Source of the DNA: Gammaproteobacteria bacterium | GTDB taxonomy: Bacteria > Pseudomonadota > Gammaproteobacteria > JABCZS01 | Reading direction: 5' to 3' | DNA length: 64,000 bases | Assembly: GCA_013289085.1 (NCBI GenBank) | Contig: JABDAR010000005.1 | Coordinates: 8,947 to 72,946, forward strand | Shown: one piece after another, positions 37,598 through 46,331 of the stretch | Layout of the letters: each line of letters begins with the position of its first letter | Numbering within the stretch: position 1 is the stretch's first letter | Position numbers and translations under genes: made by a program | Notes under the pieces: model-generated | The model's input: only the letters and a program-made list of their open reading frames with translations | Database searches by the model: none | Told to the model about the DNA's origin: nothing

Positions 37598-38545
37598 TTG
37601 AAAAAAGAGATGTATATGCAGACCGAAAGACCAATATCCCCATCTGAATTACTCACCTCCTTAGGTGAATTAATGAATGAGCTAAATGCTAGTTTAGTTA
37701 AGCCAAGCATGTATAAAAGAATTGACACCTGGTGTCTAGAAAATTCAACAGCTGTAGCTTTAATGTTTAAGACAAGTGTGTTTTCAGGTCTTTTAATAGG
37801 TATGGCATTTTCTATAATTGATTTTATAAGTAATTCCAAAAGTTACTCTAGAATCTATGATGACATGAAAGATTTATGTCTAGCAAGTAATGGAACGATT
37901 TCAGATCAGGACTTGTGTAACGGTTACACTGATAAAATGGAAGAGTCTCGTTGGTTAGAGTTAGTCATGTTATGTTGTAATAGCACAGGTGATTTCTGTC
38001 ACGACGACCTGGAGGATTTAACATCAGATTATTGTAGCATTTATGGTAAGAACGTAACTATAGAACTCTTAGTATTTTTTATGTTTTTTCTTGCGTTAGG
38101 AGTTTTGTTCAAGCTGTGTAACCCCAATGTGCAATCGAGATCAAATTATACTTCCATTGCTGATGCGGTAATAAAATATAAACTAAACGATAGACAGCTT
38201 GATAAGCTTGCGAAGATTATCTCTCAAATTAAATCACTACTCACAAACTTATCTTCGCAAAATGCTAATCCTTTTGCTGAGCAACTAAGTGTTTTAAGCA
38301 AAGCGCTGTGTGTAGAACCTTTGGGTAATGTGATTGACCAGAACAAAATGGAAAATATTCAACAATCACTCAAGAAATTAGTTGATGCGTTACAAGCAGC
38401 TACGCATCATACAATTAGCACACAATGGAACATACAAAATCGAATTCGTATTGAAGATCCTGAGCAACAATCCTTGACTTCAGTTAATACTACTTCGAGT
38501 TCAGCTTTGGTTAGATATATTAAATCATGCTTCAAAGGGTTCTAA
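37598..38545 (+). CDS. orphan Cys-rich membrane protein
   Basis: TTG at 37598; ATG at 37610 or 37616 are also possible. Two TM segments flank a Cys-rich loop (DLCLASNG...DLCNGY...LVMLCCNSTGDFCHDD...DYCSIYG). No family recognised. Confidence 0.5.
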   Translation: MKKEMYMQTERPISPSELLTSLGELMNELNASLVKPSMYKRIDTWCLENSTAVALMFKTSVFSGLLIGMAFSIIDFISNSKSYSRIYDDMKDLCLASNGTISDQDLCNGYTDKMEESRWLELVMLCCNSTGDFCHDDLEDLTSDYCSIYGKNVTIELLVFFMFFLALGVLFKLCNPNVQSRSNYTSIADAVIKYKLNDRQLDKLAKIISQIKSLLTNLSSQNANPFAEQLSVLSKALCVEPLGNVIDQNKMENIQQSLKKLVDALQAATHHTISTQWNIQNRIRIEDPEQQSLTSVNTTSSSALVRYIKSCFKGF

Positions 38546-39203
38546 TAAATCCCATCTCACGTAATTTATCTATTAATATTTGTTTATTATGACAGTTGAG
38601 TTTAAGTTTAATGCTTTCAATATAACTTTCAACTGTTCTACTTGATAGATTGAGTTTATTTGCAATATTTTTATATGAATAACCATATAATAGTAAATTA
38701 ATACAATCAGTTTCTCTTCGAGAGAAAAGATTATCTAAAGGATTTATAGATTTTTTTTGTGTACTTTGTGAAGGTAAAGTAGGGAATATAGAATCGGTAA
38801 TATTAAATGCTTCCAATGCAACACCTAAACAGTTTCCATTATGCATAACGGGCCGTTTGCTGATCATGATTACTGTAGTGATCACTTCACCTTTGGTATT
38901 GTGTTTTAATAGAATTTCTTTTTCATTGGTAATGTATCTTTGCTTGCTCATGACTTTTTTATCAATATCAGTAATATAGTCTGTGTTATGTCCACCAGGC
39001 AGCCAGTTCAAGTCATGGTCATTTAAACCGATCAGCGTTGTGATCGGTAGGTCAGTGAATTCACTTGATTTTTGGTTACCTGTTAAAAATCGCAGTTTCG
39101 GGTCTTTAACTAAGAAATAACCAGTAGATTTTTCAGAGAATTGTTCAACATTACTTAGCGTTAAATACTCGTATTGATTAAAGGCCAGCATAAGCACTCC
39201 CAT
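38532..39203 (-). CDS. LuxR-family transcriptional regulator with N-terminal sensor-like (PAS-like) domain
   Basis: C-terminal HTH LSRRETDCINLLLYGYSYKNIANKLNLSSRTVESYIESIKLKL. Confidence 0.75.
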   Translation of the reverse strand: MGVLMLAFNQYEYLTLSNVEQFSEKSTGYFLVKDPKLRFLTGNQKSSEFTDLPITTLIGLNDHDLNWLPGGHNTDYITDIDKKVMSKQRYITNEKEILLKHNTKGEVITTVIMISKRPVMHNGNCLGVALEAFNITDSIFPTLPSQSTQKKSINPLDNLFSRRETDCINLLLYGYSYKNIANKLNLSSRTVESYIESIKLKLNCHNKQILIDKLREMGFIRTL

Positions 39204-39289
39204 TCATAGCTACTTGTAACACACATTATATATTTTGGGATCCGTATATTTTACGGTGAACTTAACATTTAAATAGATTTAGAATTGAT

Positions 39290-40297
39290 TTATCTTGGCA
39301 TTAAAATATTAATACCGCGTAAGCAATTTTTATATTCTTCATCCCAAGCGCGATTGCAAGTTTCACTTAACCAATATTTTTCTAGATAATCTTTTAAAGG
39401 TTCTTCAGTTACTGTATCAGTTGTAGTTGAAGCATGTCGCAACAGGACTTGACCACCTTTATGCACAACAATTCCTTGATGCGAAACATGCATTAATGTA
39501 CCTATCCATTCCACTAAATCGTAACGCGGACGCACAAATTGTAAAATCGCGCCGCTTGGAATTTCTTGCAATTGTTCTGCAGTATTTGAGTCTGGCGCAA
39601 AAATTTCCCATAAAGGTAAATAGGGAATCGAGGCAAATGTATTATTCGCATGTTCATGGCCAGTTTGTTTTAATGTGGCTAAACTTTCTTCGCGAATGTC
39701 ATTACTTGCGCTGCAATTTGGATATTGGCTGTCATCTTCACCCGCAATGCAAATGCGATCAATGGTTAAATATTCATACCAAGCTTTTTTATCGATATAA
39801 GCAGGCAGTGTTTCAGTTTCGCCAAAACGCAGGGCGACTTCATTAGAAATATCTTCAACAAATCCTGCAGTAATATTATTAGGAATCCAATCTGCAGAAG
39901 GAAAATGATTGCGGGTGTAAAAAGACACGAATCCATCGTTATAACGAATAGCATTGATATTATTTTGAAAATCTTTAAGCATTATTTTTCTGCTCGGATC
40001 TAAAGAAGTCGTAGCCATGGCCAACATAGTTTCAACAAATGTCGTGCAGTCAAATACATCTAATCGATACAATGGTTTTTGATTGTAATCTGCATTACTG
40101 CCTTCACCTAACGGCTCGGCGACGTAAGGATTTTTTGTCTCGACAAATTCACGGGTTAAATATTCAATACGACCGGTAACGCTATCAGAGTATGCATGCG
40201 CTTTAATAATCAGTTCAACAACATCTTCATCCCATCTATCCTCTGCAAATAATGCATGGGGTAATAAAAGACATAAGCAGATTAGGAATTGTTTCAT
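39290..40297 (-). CDS. secreted DUF1460-like (amidase/transglutaminase-fold) protein
   Basis: Signal peptide MKQFLICLCLLLPHALFA. LDVFDCTTFVETMLAMA and RNHFPSADWIPNN recall DUF1460. Confidence 0.45.
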   Translation of the reverse strand: MKQFLICLCLLLPHALFAEDRWDEDVVELIIKAHAYSDSVTGRIEYLTREFVETKNPYVAEPLGEGSNADYNQKPLYRLDVFDCTTFVETMLAMATTSLDPSRKIMLKDFQNNINAIRYNDGFVSFYTRNHFPSADWIPNNITAGFVEDISNEVALRFGETETLPAYIDKKAWYEYLTIDRICIAGEDDSQYPNCSASNDIREESLATLKQTGHEHANNTFASIPYLPLWEIFAPDSNTAEQLQEIPSGAILQFVRPRYDLVEWIGTLMHVSHQGIVVHKGGQVLLRHASTTTDTVTEEPLKDYLEKYWLSETCNRAWDEEYKNCLRGINILMPR

Positions 40298-40339
40298 GGT
40301 AGGTACCTCCTTGTATTATCAAGTATACCATTAATATAA

Positions 40340-40412
40340 TGCGGAGAATAAATAGTATATTCTACGCAAAAAAGTCTGATTTTTGCGGAGAATATGCGCT
40401 ATAATCTCCGCA
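40340..40412. promoter_or_regulatory. two palindromic TGCGGAGA operators overlapping the Fic promoter
   Basis: TGCGGAGAATA (40340-40350) pairs with TATTCTACGCA (40358-40368). TGCGGAGAATA (40384-40394) pairs with TCTCCGCA (40405-40412). TATAAT at 40400-40405 lies within the second pair. Confidence 0.55.
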
Positions 40413-40423
40413 AGGGGAGTATT

Positions 40424-41521
40424 ATGAGGCATTATATCTATCAATTAGCCAAGTGGCCTTTGTTTAACTGGGACCAAGAGAAGATAGCTAATCAACTTGC
40501 TAATATCCATCAACGTCAGGGCCAGTTAATTGGTTTGATGAAAGCCTTAGGCTTTACCATTCAAAAAGAAACTGTATTGCAAATGTTAACACTAGATGTG
40601 ACGCAATCGAGTCTAATTGAAGGTGAAACACTCAATACTGTTGAAGTGCGATCTTCTATTGCAAGGCGTTTAGGGATTCCATTAGCGCAATATGTAAAAT
40701 CCAGTCGGCATGTTGAAGGCATTGTTGGGATGATAATGGATGCCACGCAAAATTTTGCTAAACCTTTAACAATCGAGCGAATATTACAATGGCAAATTGA
40801 TTTATTATCGAGTGATATTAATCATATTTACACGCGGATAGGTGCATGGCGTGATGATGCGCAGGGTCCTATGCAAGTCATTTCTGGCGCAATCAGTCGA
40901 GAAAAGATTCATTTTGAAGCGCCGAGTGCAGATGTTCTAGAAAAAGAACTACAAAGTTTTTTTACGTGGACTGAACAAAATAATACCGATTTGGTTTTAA
41001 AGGCTGCGATTGCACATTTATGGTTTGTCACATTACATCCCTTTGAAGATGGCAATGGCAGAATAGCGCGTGCGATCAGTGATTATTTTCTTGCAAAAAG
41101 TGAACAGAGTTCACAAAGATTTTATAGCATGTCTGCACAAATGCGAGTTGAGCGTAAGGGATATTATGCTATTCTAGAATCGACACAAAAAGGCGATTTA
41201 AATATTACACAATATTTAGAATGGTTTTTATCTTGTTTATTGCACGCAATTGAAAATACTGAGCAGATTGTTAAACTGATATTATTTAAAAAGCAATTCT
41301 GGGAACAGTATCAAGGTCTTGAAATTAACGTGAGACAAAAGTTAATGCTCAATAAGTTGCTAGATGGTTTTAAAGGAAAATTAACAACAAGTAAATGGAG
41401 CAAAATCGCTAAATGCTCACAAGACACTGCGCTTCGTGATATTCAGCAATTAATTCATCTGGGTATTTTAATAAAAGATCCTGCGGGCGGACGTAGTACA
41501 AGTTATTCACTGAAAATTTAA
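40424..41521 (+). CDS. Fic-family protein (AMPylase-type motif) with C-terminal wHTH
   Basis: Fic motif HPFEDGNGRIARA. Start set at ATG 40424, which has a GGGGAG RBS. Confidence 0.85.
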   Translation: MRHYIYQLAKWPLFNWDQEKIANQLANIHQRQGQLIGLMKALGFTIQKETVLQMLTLDVTQSSLIEGETLNTVEVRSSIARRLGIPLAQYVKSSRHVEGIVGMIMDATQNFAKPLTIERILQWQIDLLSSDINHIYTRIGAWRDDAQGPMQVISGAISREKIHFEAPSADVLEKELQSFFTWTEQNNTDLVLKAAIAHLWFVTLHPFEDGNGRIARAISDYFLAKSEQSSQRFYSMSAQMRVERKGYYAILESTQKGDLNITQYLEWFLSCLLHAIENTEQIVKLILFKKQFWEQYQGLEINVRQKLMLNKLLDGFKGKLTTSKWSKIAKCSQDTALRDIQQLIHLGILIKDPAGGRSTSYSLKI

Positions 41522-41533
41522 GGAGATAAAATC

Positions 41534-42088
41534 ATGCGCATATTTATGTTTGCAGCAGCATTGCGTGCTGAGTCAACCAATAAGAAATTAATTAACATCG
41601 CTGCTGATTTAGCAAAAAAAGCTAATCATGAAGTCGATCTTGCATCATTTTCAGAATTTATGTTGCCGCTTTATGATGGTGATATGGAAAAAAATCAAGG
41701 CATTCCACAAATTACCAAAGACTTTGTAGCGCGTATGCAAAAATCGCAAGCGCTGGTTATTTCGAGCCCAGAATATAATCATTCAACACCAGGCACGTTA
41801 AAAAATTTAATTGATTGGGTTTCACGCATACAGCCATCACCTTGGAAGAATCAATATATTTTATTATTATCAGCGTCGCCTGCGATGGTCGGCGGTAATC
41901 GAGGTTTATGGGCAACACGCATTCCATTAGAATGTTGTGGTAGTTTCGTATATCCTGATATGTTTTCGCTTTCGAATGCTTATGCTGCATTTGATCAAAA
42001 TAACCAATTGCTTGATGAAAAGTTAACGGCACGTTTGGAAGGATTAATTAAAGATTTTGCAGATCATGCAGCGCAGTGCACACGATGA
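41534..42088 (+). CDS. NAD(P)H-dependent FMN reductase-family flavoprotein
   Basis: Flavodoxin-like; SPEYNHSTPGTLKNLIDWVSR motif. Confidence 0.75.
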   Translation: MRIFMFAAALRAESTNKKLINIAADLAKKANHEVDLASFSEFMLPLYDGDMEKNQGIPQITKDFVARMQKSQALVISSPEYNHSTPGTLKNLIDWVSRIQPSPWKNQYILLLSASPAMVGGNRGLWATRIPLECCGSFVYPDMFSLSNAYAAFDQNNQLLDEKLTARLEGLIKDFADHAAQCTR

Positions 42089-42102
42089 GTGCACTGCTGC
42101 AT
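42066..42102. terminator. bidirectional hairpin between convergent genes
   Basis: GCAGTGCAC (42073-42081) pairs with GTGCACTGC (42089-42097), and flanking ATGCA/TGCAT extends the stem. The stop codon lies in the loop. Confidence 0.5.
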
Positions 42103-42108
42103 TATTGA

Positions 42109-42618
42109 CTAATGACCTTCTGGCAAATAAGAAGAATGGTGATTGATAATCAGCCATTTGCCATTAATTTTTTCATAGACAAAGGTAAATCGGGCAGGCA
42201 CATCAATTTTTTTACCCTGGTCATCTAAATATTCAAATGTATATAAACCGGTATTAATGGCTACATCATTAAATACTTGAGTATATAATTTTCCAGTTTG
42301 CGCTTTTAAATCTTTTAATTTTGTAAAGGCTACAAAATATTGGCGAATGTCTGAACTGGTAAAATCATAGAGTTCTTGAGAAGTGTTGTTACTGAGTTTG
42401 ATTTTAATTTCAGGTGATAAAGTAGGTAATAAAACTGCATCAGGTGCATATAATACTGCAACTTCTGTGGCATTACCTTTCGCATTCTCAACTGTTTTGA
42501 CCCAGTCGGTATAAGCTTGTTTAACCTGCATTGCATCTTCTTCTGGTGTAGTTGCAAAACTTGTAGCTGTCATTAATGCGAATGACAGACAGAATATAAA
42601 ATGAATCCATTGACGCAT
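42109..42618 (-). CDS. secreted NTF2-like protein (DUF4440 / CaMKII-association-domain-like)
   Basis: Signal peptide. The C-terminal ARFTFVYEKINGKWLIINHHSSYLPE is typical of this fold family. Confidence 0.55.
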   Translation of the reverse strand: MRQWIHFIFCLSFALMTATSFATTPEEDAMQVKQAYTDWVKTVENAKGNATEVAVLYAPDAVLLPTLSPEIKIKLSNNTSQELYDFTSSDIRQYFVAFTKLKDLKAQTGKLYTQVFNDVAINTGLYTFEYLDDQGKKIDVPARFTFVYEKINGKWLIINHHSSYLPEGH

Positions 42619-42644
42619 AAGTAAACCTCCGATGTATTAAAAAA

Positions 42645-43460
42645 TTAATGTTGATGAGTATCTTGTGTTGTTAAACTCGTTTCTTTATTAAGCATAGCAT
42701 ATGCAGAATGATTATGAATAGATTCAAAATTTTCAGATTCAATCGCGAAATTTAAAATACGTTCATCTTGATTTAAACTGCTCGCCACGTCACGTACTAT
42801 ATCTTCGACAAATTTAGGGTTATTATAAGCTTTTTCTGTGACATATTTTTCGTCAGCGCGTTTTAATACGCTATATAATTCACAAGACGCTTGTGCTTCG
42901 CAATATTCGATCATATCTTCAAACCAAATATCCGGTGCAACATGCGCAATCACGGTGATATGTGAGCGTTGATTGTGAGCACCGTATTCAGAAATTTCTT
43001 TGGAACAAGGACAAAGGCTGGTGACCGGTACAACCACTTTCATTGTGGTATAAGCTTTGCCATGAAACCATTCGCCAAATAAACTTACTTGATAATCCAT
43101 GATGCTAGGTGTTTTTGACATCGGCGCATATTTACGCATAAAAAATGGAAATGTCATATCAATAAAACCTTGCTGTGCATTTAAGCGTTCCGTCATGATT
43201 TTTATAAACTCATGGAAATTTTTCATATCCACAAATTCAAATGTTTGCAGCACCTCAAGAAAGCGTGACATATGGGTACCGCGCGTAGTGGGTGCAAGGT
43301 CTACATACATATCAACGGTTGCCACACTTGCAATTGATTTAGTGTCGCGGCCTGCGACTAAGATAGGATGTTTAATACCTTTTACGCCTACTTTATTAAT
43401 AGGCATATTGCGATGGTCATGTCTTGCTTGTACATCGGCAATCAATGTTGTATCAGTCAT
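42645..43460 (-). CDS. folE2: GTP cyclohydrolase IB (FolE2)
   Basis: DVQARHDHRNMPINKVGVKGIKHPI N-terminus, CPCS and HNQRSH motifs. Confidence 0.8.
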   Translation of the reverse strand: MTDTTLIADVQARHDHRNMPINKVGVKGIKHPILVAGRDTKSIASVATVDMYVDLAPTTRGTHMSRFLEVLQTFEFVDMKNFHEFIKIMTERLNAQQGFIDMTFPFFMRKYAPMSKTPSIMDYQVSLFGEWFHGKAYTTMKVVVPVTSLCPCSKEISEYGAHNQRSHITVIAHVAPDIWFEDMIEYCEAQASCELYSVLKRADEKYVTEKAYNNPKFVEDIVRDVASSLNQDERILNFAIESENFESIHNHSAYAMLNKETSLTTQDTHQH

Positions 43461-43466
43461 ATTGAG

Positions 43467-43856
43467 TTAAACCTCTTCTTCAGTAAATCGTACGCCGCTA
43501 TTTTCTGACTCCCATACAGTAACAGCGGACAAATATGCAACATCTTCATTGAGTTGCTTTTTTAATTCATAATAAGCCCAACTGGCAATATTTTCTGCAG
43601 TAGGACTCACCTTATCAAACGGTGGAATTTCATTCAGATAACGATGGTCTACTTTATCTAACAAATGTTGCACGGCAGATTTGAGATCGGAAAAATCAAA
43701 TAAAATACCAATTTCATTTAATGTATTGCCTTTTACTTCTACTTCCATCCTAAAATTATGACCATGTAAACGTGCACAAATACCAGGATGTCCTGGAATG
43801 ACATGTGCCGCTGAAAAACGGCTAACTGTTTTGATAGTGTAAATCTTTTGTTTCAT
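43467..43856 (-). CDS. queD: 6-carboxy-5,6,7,8-tetrahydropterin synthase / PTPS family
   Basis: CARLHGHNF (Cx3HGH) motif. Start set at ATG 43856. Confidence 0.75.
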   Translation of the reverse strand: MKQKIYTIKTVSRFSAAHVIPGHPGICARLHGHNFRMEVEVKGNTLNEIGILFDFSDLKSAVQHLLDKVDHRYLNEIPPFDKVSPTAENIASWAYYELKKQLNEDVAYLSAVTVWESENSGVRFTEEEV

Positions 43857-45717
43857 ATGTTGTATACCTTGCAATGCTTTGGAGAATTCCTGTCGAATCT
43901 AAACCATAACGTGCCAATAATGCCTCATGGGTATCATGTGGGCTGAATTCATCGGGCAGACCTAAATTTAAAATTCGGCAGGTTAATCCTGCGTTTAGAA
44001 TGACTTGATTGACGCAACTGCCTGCGCCACCGATAATACTATTTTCTTCAAGTGTCACTAATAATGAATGGCTTTTCGCATATTTTAAAATCATCAGCGT
44101 ATCTAATGGTTTAATAAATCGCATATCAATCACGGTTGCATTTAATTTTTCGCCAGCCACAAGGGCTGCGGGTAATAAGGTACCAAATGACAATAAAGCT
44201 ATGTTCTTTCCTTCACGGCAAAGACGTGCTTGTCCAATGGGTAAACTTTTCAATTCTGTAGTTACAGGTTCCCCAATTCCACTGCCACGTGGATAACGAA
44301 TTGCAGCAGGTCCAGGATAATAAAAACCAGTGGTTAATAAATCACGGCATTCTTGTTCACTACTAGGCGCCATGACAATCATATTTGGAATGCAGCTTAA
44401 AAAACTCAGATCAAAACTGCCATTATGGGTGGGGGCATCCGCGCCCACAAGTCCTGCTCTATCAAGCGCAAATAATACATCTAAATCTTGTAAGGCTACA
44501 TCATGAATTAATTGATCATAAGCACGTTGTAAAAATGTTGAATAAATCGCAACGACTGGTTTTAAACCTTCACAAGCCATACCTGCGGCTAAAGTCACGC
44601 TATGTTGTTCAGCAATGCCGACATCGATATAACGTTCGGGAAATTTTTCTGAAAATTGCACCATACCTGAGCCTTCGCACATTGCAGGTGTGATTGCGAC
44701 TAATTGCGGTGATTGATGAGCCATATCACATAACCAATCGCCAAAGATGTGTGAATAAGTGGGTTTTGCAGTCGTGCTTGATTTTTTTTGTGCATCTAAA
44801 AAGCCTGGGGAGACAGCGTGATATTTAATGGGATCAGCTTCCGCCGGTGCAAAGCCTTTGCCTTTTTTAGTGACCACATGTAGTAATTGCGGTCCTTTTA
44901 ATTCATAAATATTTTGCAGCGTTTTAACAAGTAGTGGTAAATCATGACCATCAATAGGGCCAATATAATTAAAACCTAATTCTTCAAATAAAGTGCCGGG
45001 CACCATCATGCCTTTCATATGCAATTCTGCGCGACGCGCAATTTCTTTCATCGTTTTAGGCATAACATTTAATACTTTTTTACTGCCTTCACGCATAGAG
45101 ATATAAGTTTTGCCTGATAAAATCCGCGCAAAATAATTGGAGAGCGCGCCGACATTGCCAGAAATCGACATATCGTTATCATTTAAAATGACCAGCATAT
45201 CGGCTCTAATTGCGCCGGCATGATTTAAAGCTTCAAAAGCCATACCTGCAGTCATGGCGCCATCGCCAATAATTGCGGCTACTTTATAATCATGATTAAG
45301 TTGTTTGCCAGCAAGTGCCATTCCAAGCGCAGCACTAATGGAGGTACTTGAGTGTCCCACGCCAAAAGCATCATAAATACTTTCACTGCGTTTTGGAAAA
45401 GGTGATAAACCTTCGCCTTTACGAATGGTGTGAATTTGATTGCGACGTTCTGTCAGAATTTTATGCGCATAAGCCTGATGACCAACATCCCAGACTAATT
45501 TATCGTTAGGTGTGTTAAACACATAATGCATAGCAACAGTGAGTTCAATCGTACCTAAATTAGCCGCAAAATGTCCGCCCGAGATATTGATACTATGCAA
45601 AAAAAACGCGCGTAATTCATCAGCAAGCTGTGGCAGATCGTTTTCATCTAGTTCCCGCAACATTTCTGGTGAGGCAATGGAATCTAATAGGGCAAAAGTA
45701 GGCGTAGTAATACTCAT
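43822..45717 (-). CDS. dxs: 1-deoxy-D-xylulose-5-phosphate synthase
   Basis: [16 protein letters not shown] and [15 protein letters not shown] motifs. Start moved to ATG 45717, because the upstream extension is a translation of repeat copy B. Confidence 0.9.
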   Translation of the reverse strand: MSITTPTFALLDSIASPEMLRELDENDLPQLADELRAFFLHSINISGGHFAANLGTIELTVAMHYVFNTPNDKLVWDVGHQAYAHKILTERRNQIHTIRKGEGLSPFPKRSESIYDAFGVGHSSTSISAALGMALAGKQLNHDYKVAAIIGDGAMTAGMAFEALNHAGAIRADMLVILNDNDMSISGNVGALSNYFARILSGKTYISMREGSKKVLNVMPKTMKEIARRAELHMKGMMVPGTLFEELGFNYIGPIDGHDLPLLVKTLQNIYELKGPQLLHVVTKKGKGFAPAEADPIKYHAVSPGFLDAQKKSSTTAKPTYSHIFGDWLCDMAHQSPQLVAITPAMCEGSGMVQFSEKFPERYIDVGIAEQHSVTLAAGMACEGLKPVVAIYSTFLQRAYDQLIHDVALQDLDVLFALDRAGLVGADAPTHNGSFDLSFLSCIPNMIVMAPSSEQECRDLLTTGFYYPGPAAIRYPRGSGIGEPVTTELKSLPIGQARLCREGKNIALLSFGTLLPAALVAGEKLNATVIDMRFIKPLDTLMILKYAKSHSLLVTLEENSIIGGAGSCVNQVILNAGLTCRILNLGLPDEFSPHDTHEALLARYGLDSTGILQSIARYTTYETKDLHYQNS

Positions 45718-45750
45718 TATGCTCGGCAATATACCATAAATCGCCTGTAA

Positions 45751-45801
45751 GATCTTGCCCCCTTTACGAAAGGGGGCCGCCCCTAAGGGCGGGGGGATTT
45801 T
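45751..45801. repeat. GC-rich double-hairpin mini-element, copy B
   Basis: GATCTTGCCCCCTTTACGAAAGGGGGCCGCCCCTAAGGGCGGGGGGATTTTT. The hairpins are CCCCCTTT/AAAGGGGG and CCGCCC/GGGCGG. It shares its 5' ATCTT-CCCCCTT and 3' GCGGGGGGATTTT ends with copy A. Confidence 0.7.
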
Positions 45802-46256
45802 TCGGCTTTTACAATGACTTGCCATTCTTTCCCAGTCACAGGCGTAATCGACAACCGATTCCCAGTCCTAAGTAAAGGCATGTTTTTTAAAGCATTATTG
45901 TCCCGTAACGCAGCTAAAGGGATAATATCATTAAATTTTTCTACTAATTTAACATCCACACCAAACCAACGAGGACTCAAAGGATTAGACTTTGAATCAA
46001 AATAATGCGACTCCGGGTCAAAAGCCGTCTCATCAGGCTTCCCGCGACTCGTAATTTCCATAATCCCAACAATCCCAGGAACCTTACAACTAGAATGATA
46101 AAAAAACGCCAAATCCCCAGGCTGCATCACATCCCGAATCAAGTTCCGCACCTGATAATTACGAATCCCATCCCAAAACCCCTTTTGCTGCTTGGTCTTA
46201 GCCAAATCATCAATACTGTAAGTAGAAGGTTCTGACTTCATCAACCAATAAGCCAT
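45783..46256 (-). CDS. EVE (PUA-like) domain protein
   Basis: [19 protein letters not shown]-terminus. The last codons (SPRP) and the stop come from repeat copy B. Confidence 0.75.
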   Translation of the reverse strand: MAYWLMKSEPSTYSIDDLAKTKQQKGFWDGIRNYQVRNLIRDVMQPGDLAFFYHSSCKVPGIVGIMEITSRGKPDETAFDPESHYFDSKSNPLSPRWFGVDVKLVEKFNDIIPLAALRDNNALKNMPLLRTGNRLSITPVTGKEWQVIVKAEKSPRP

Positions 46257-46331
46257 TTGCTGCTCCAATATGTTAAGATTAGATTATTAAAAAGCCTCTT
46301 AGTATATCTTGCTTTTCATTCAGAGGTGTAG

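Noticed and set aside
37366-37839. Minus-strand 157-aa ORF
   Set aside because: It overlaps the rpe 3' end and the start of the 37598 ORF. It has no motif and no RBS, so it is most likely an artefact of AT-rich sequence.
39427-39846. Plus-strand 139-aa ORF
   Set aside because: It is antisense within the DUF1460-like gene, which has a signal peptide and family motifs.
43099-43470. Plus-strand 123-aa ORF
   Set aside because: It is antisense within folE2.
45718-45825. N-terminal extension of dxs ([23 protein letters not shown]...)
   Set aside because: It is a translation of mini-element copy B and overlaps the EVE gene's 3' end. Dxs homologues begin near [12 protein letters not shown].
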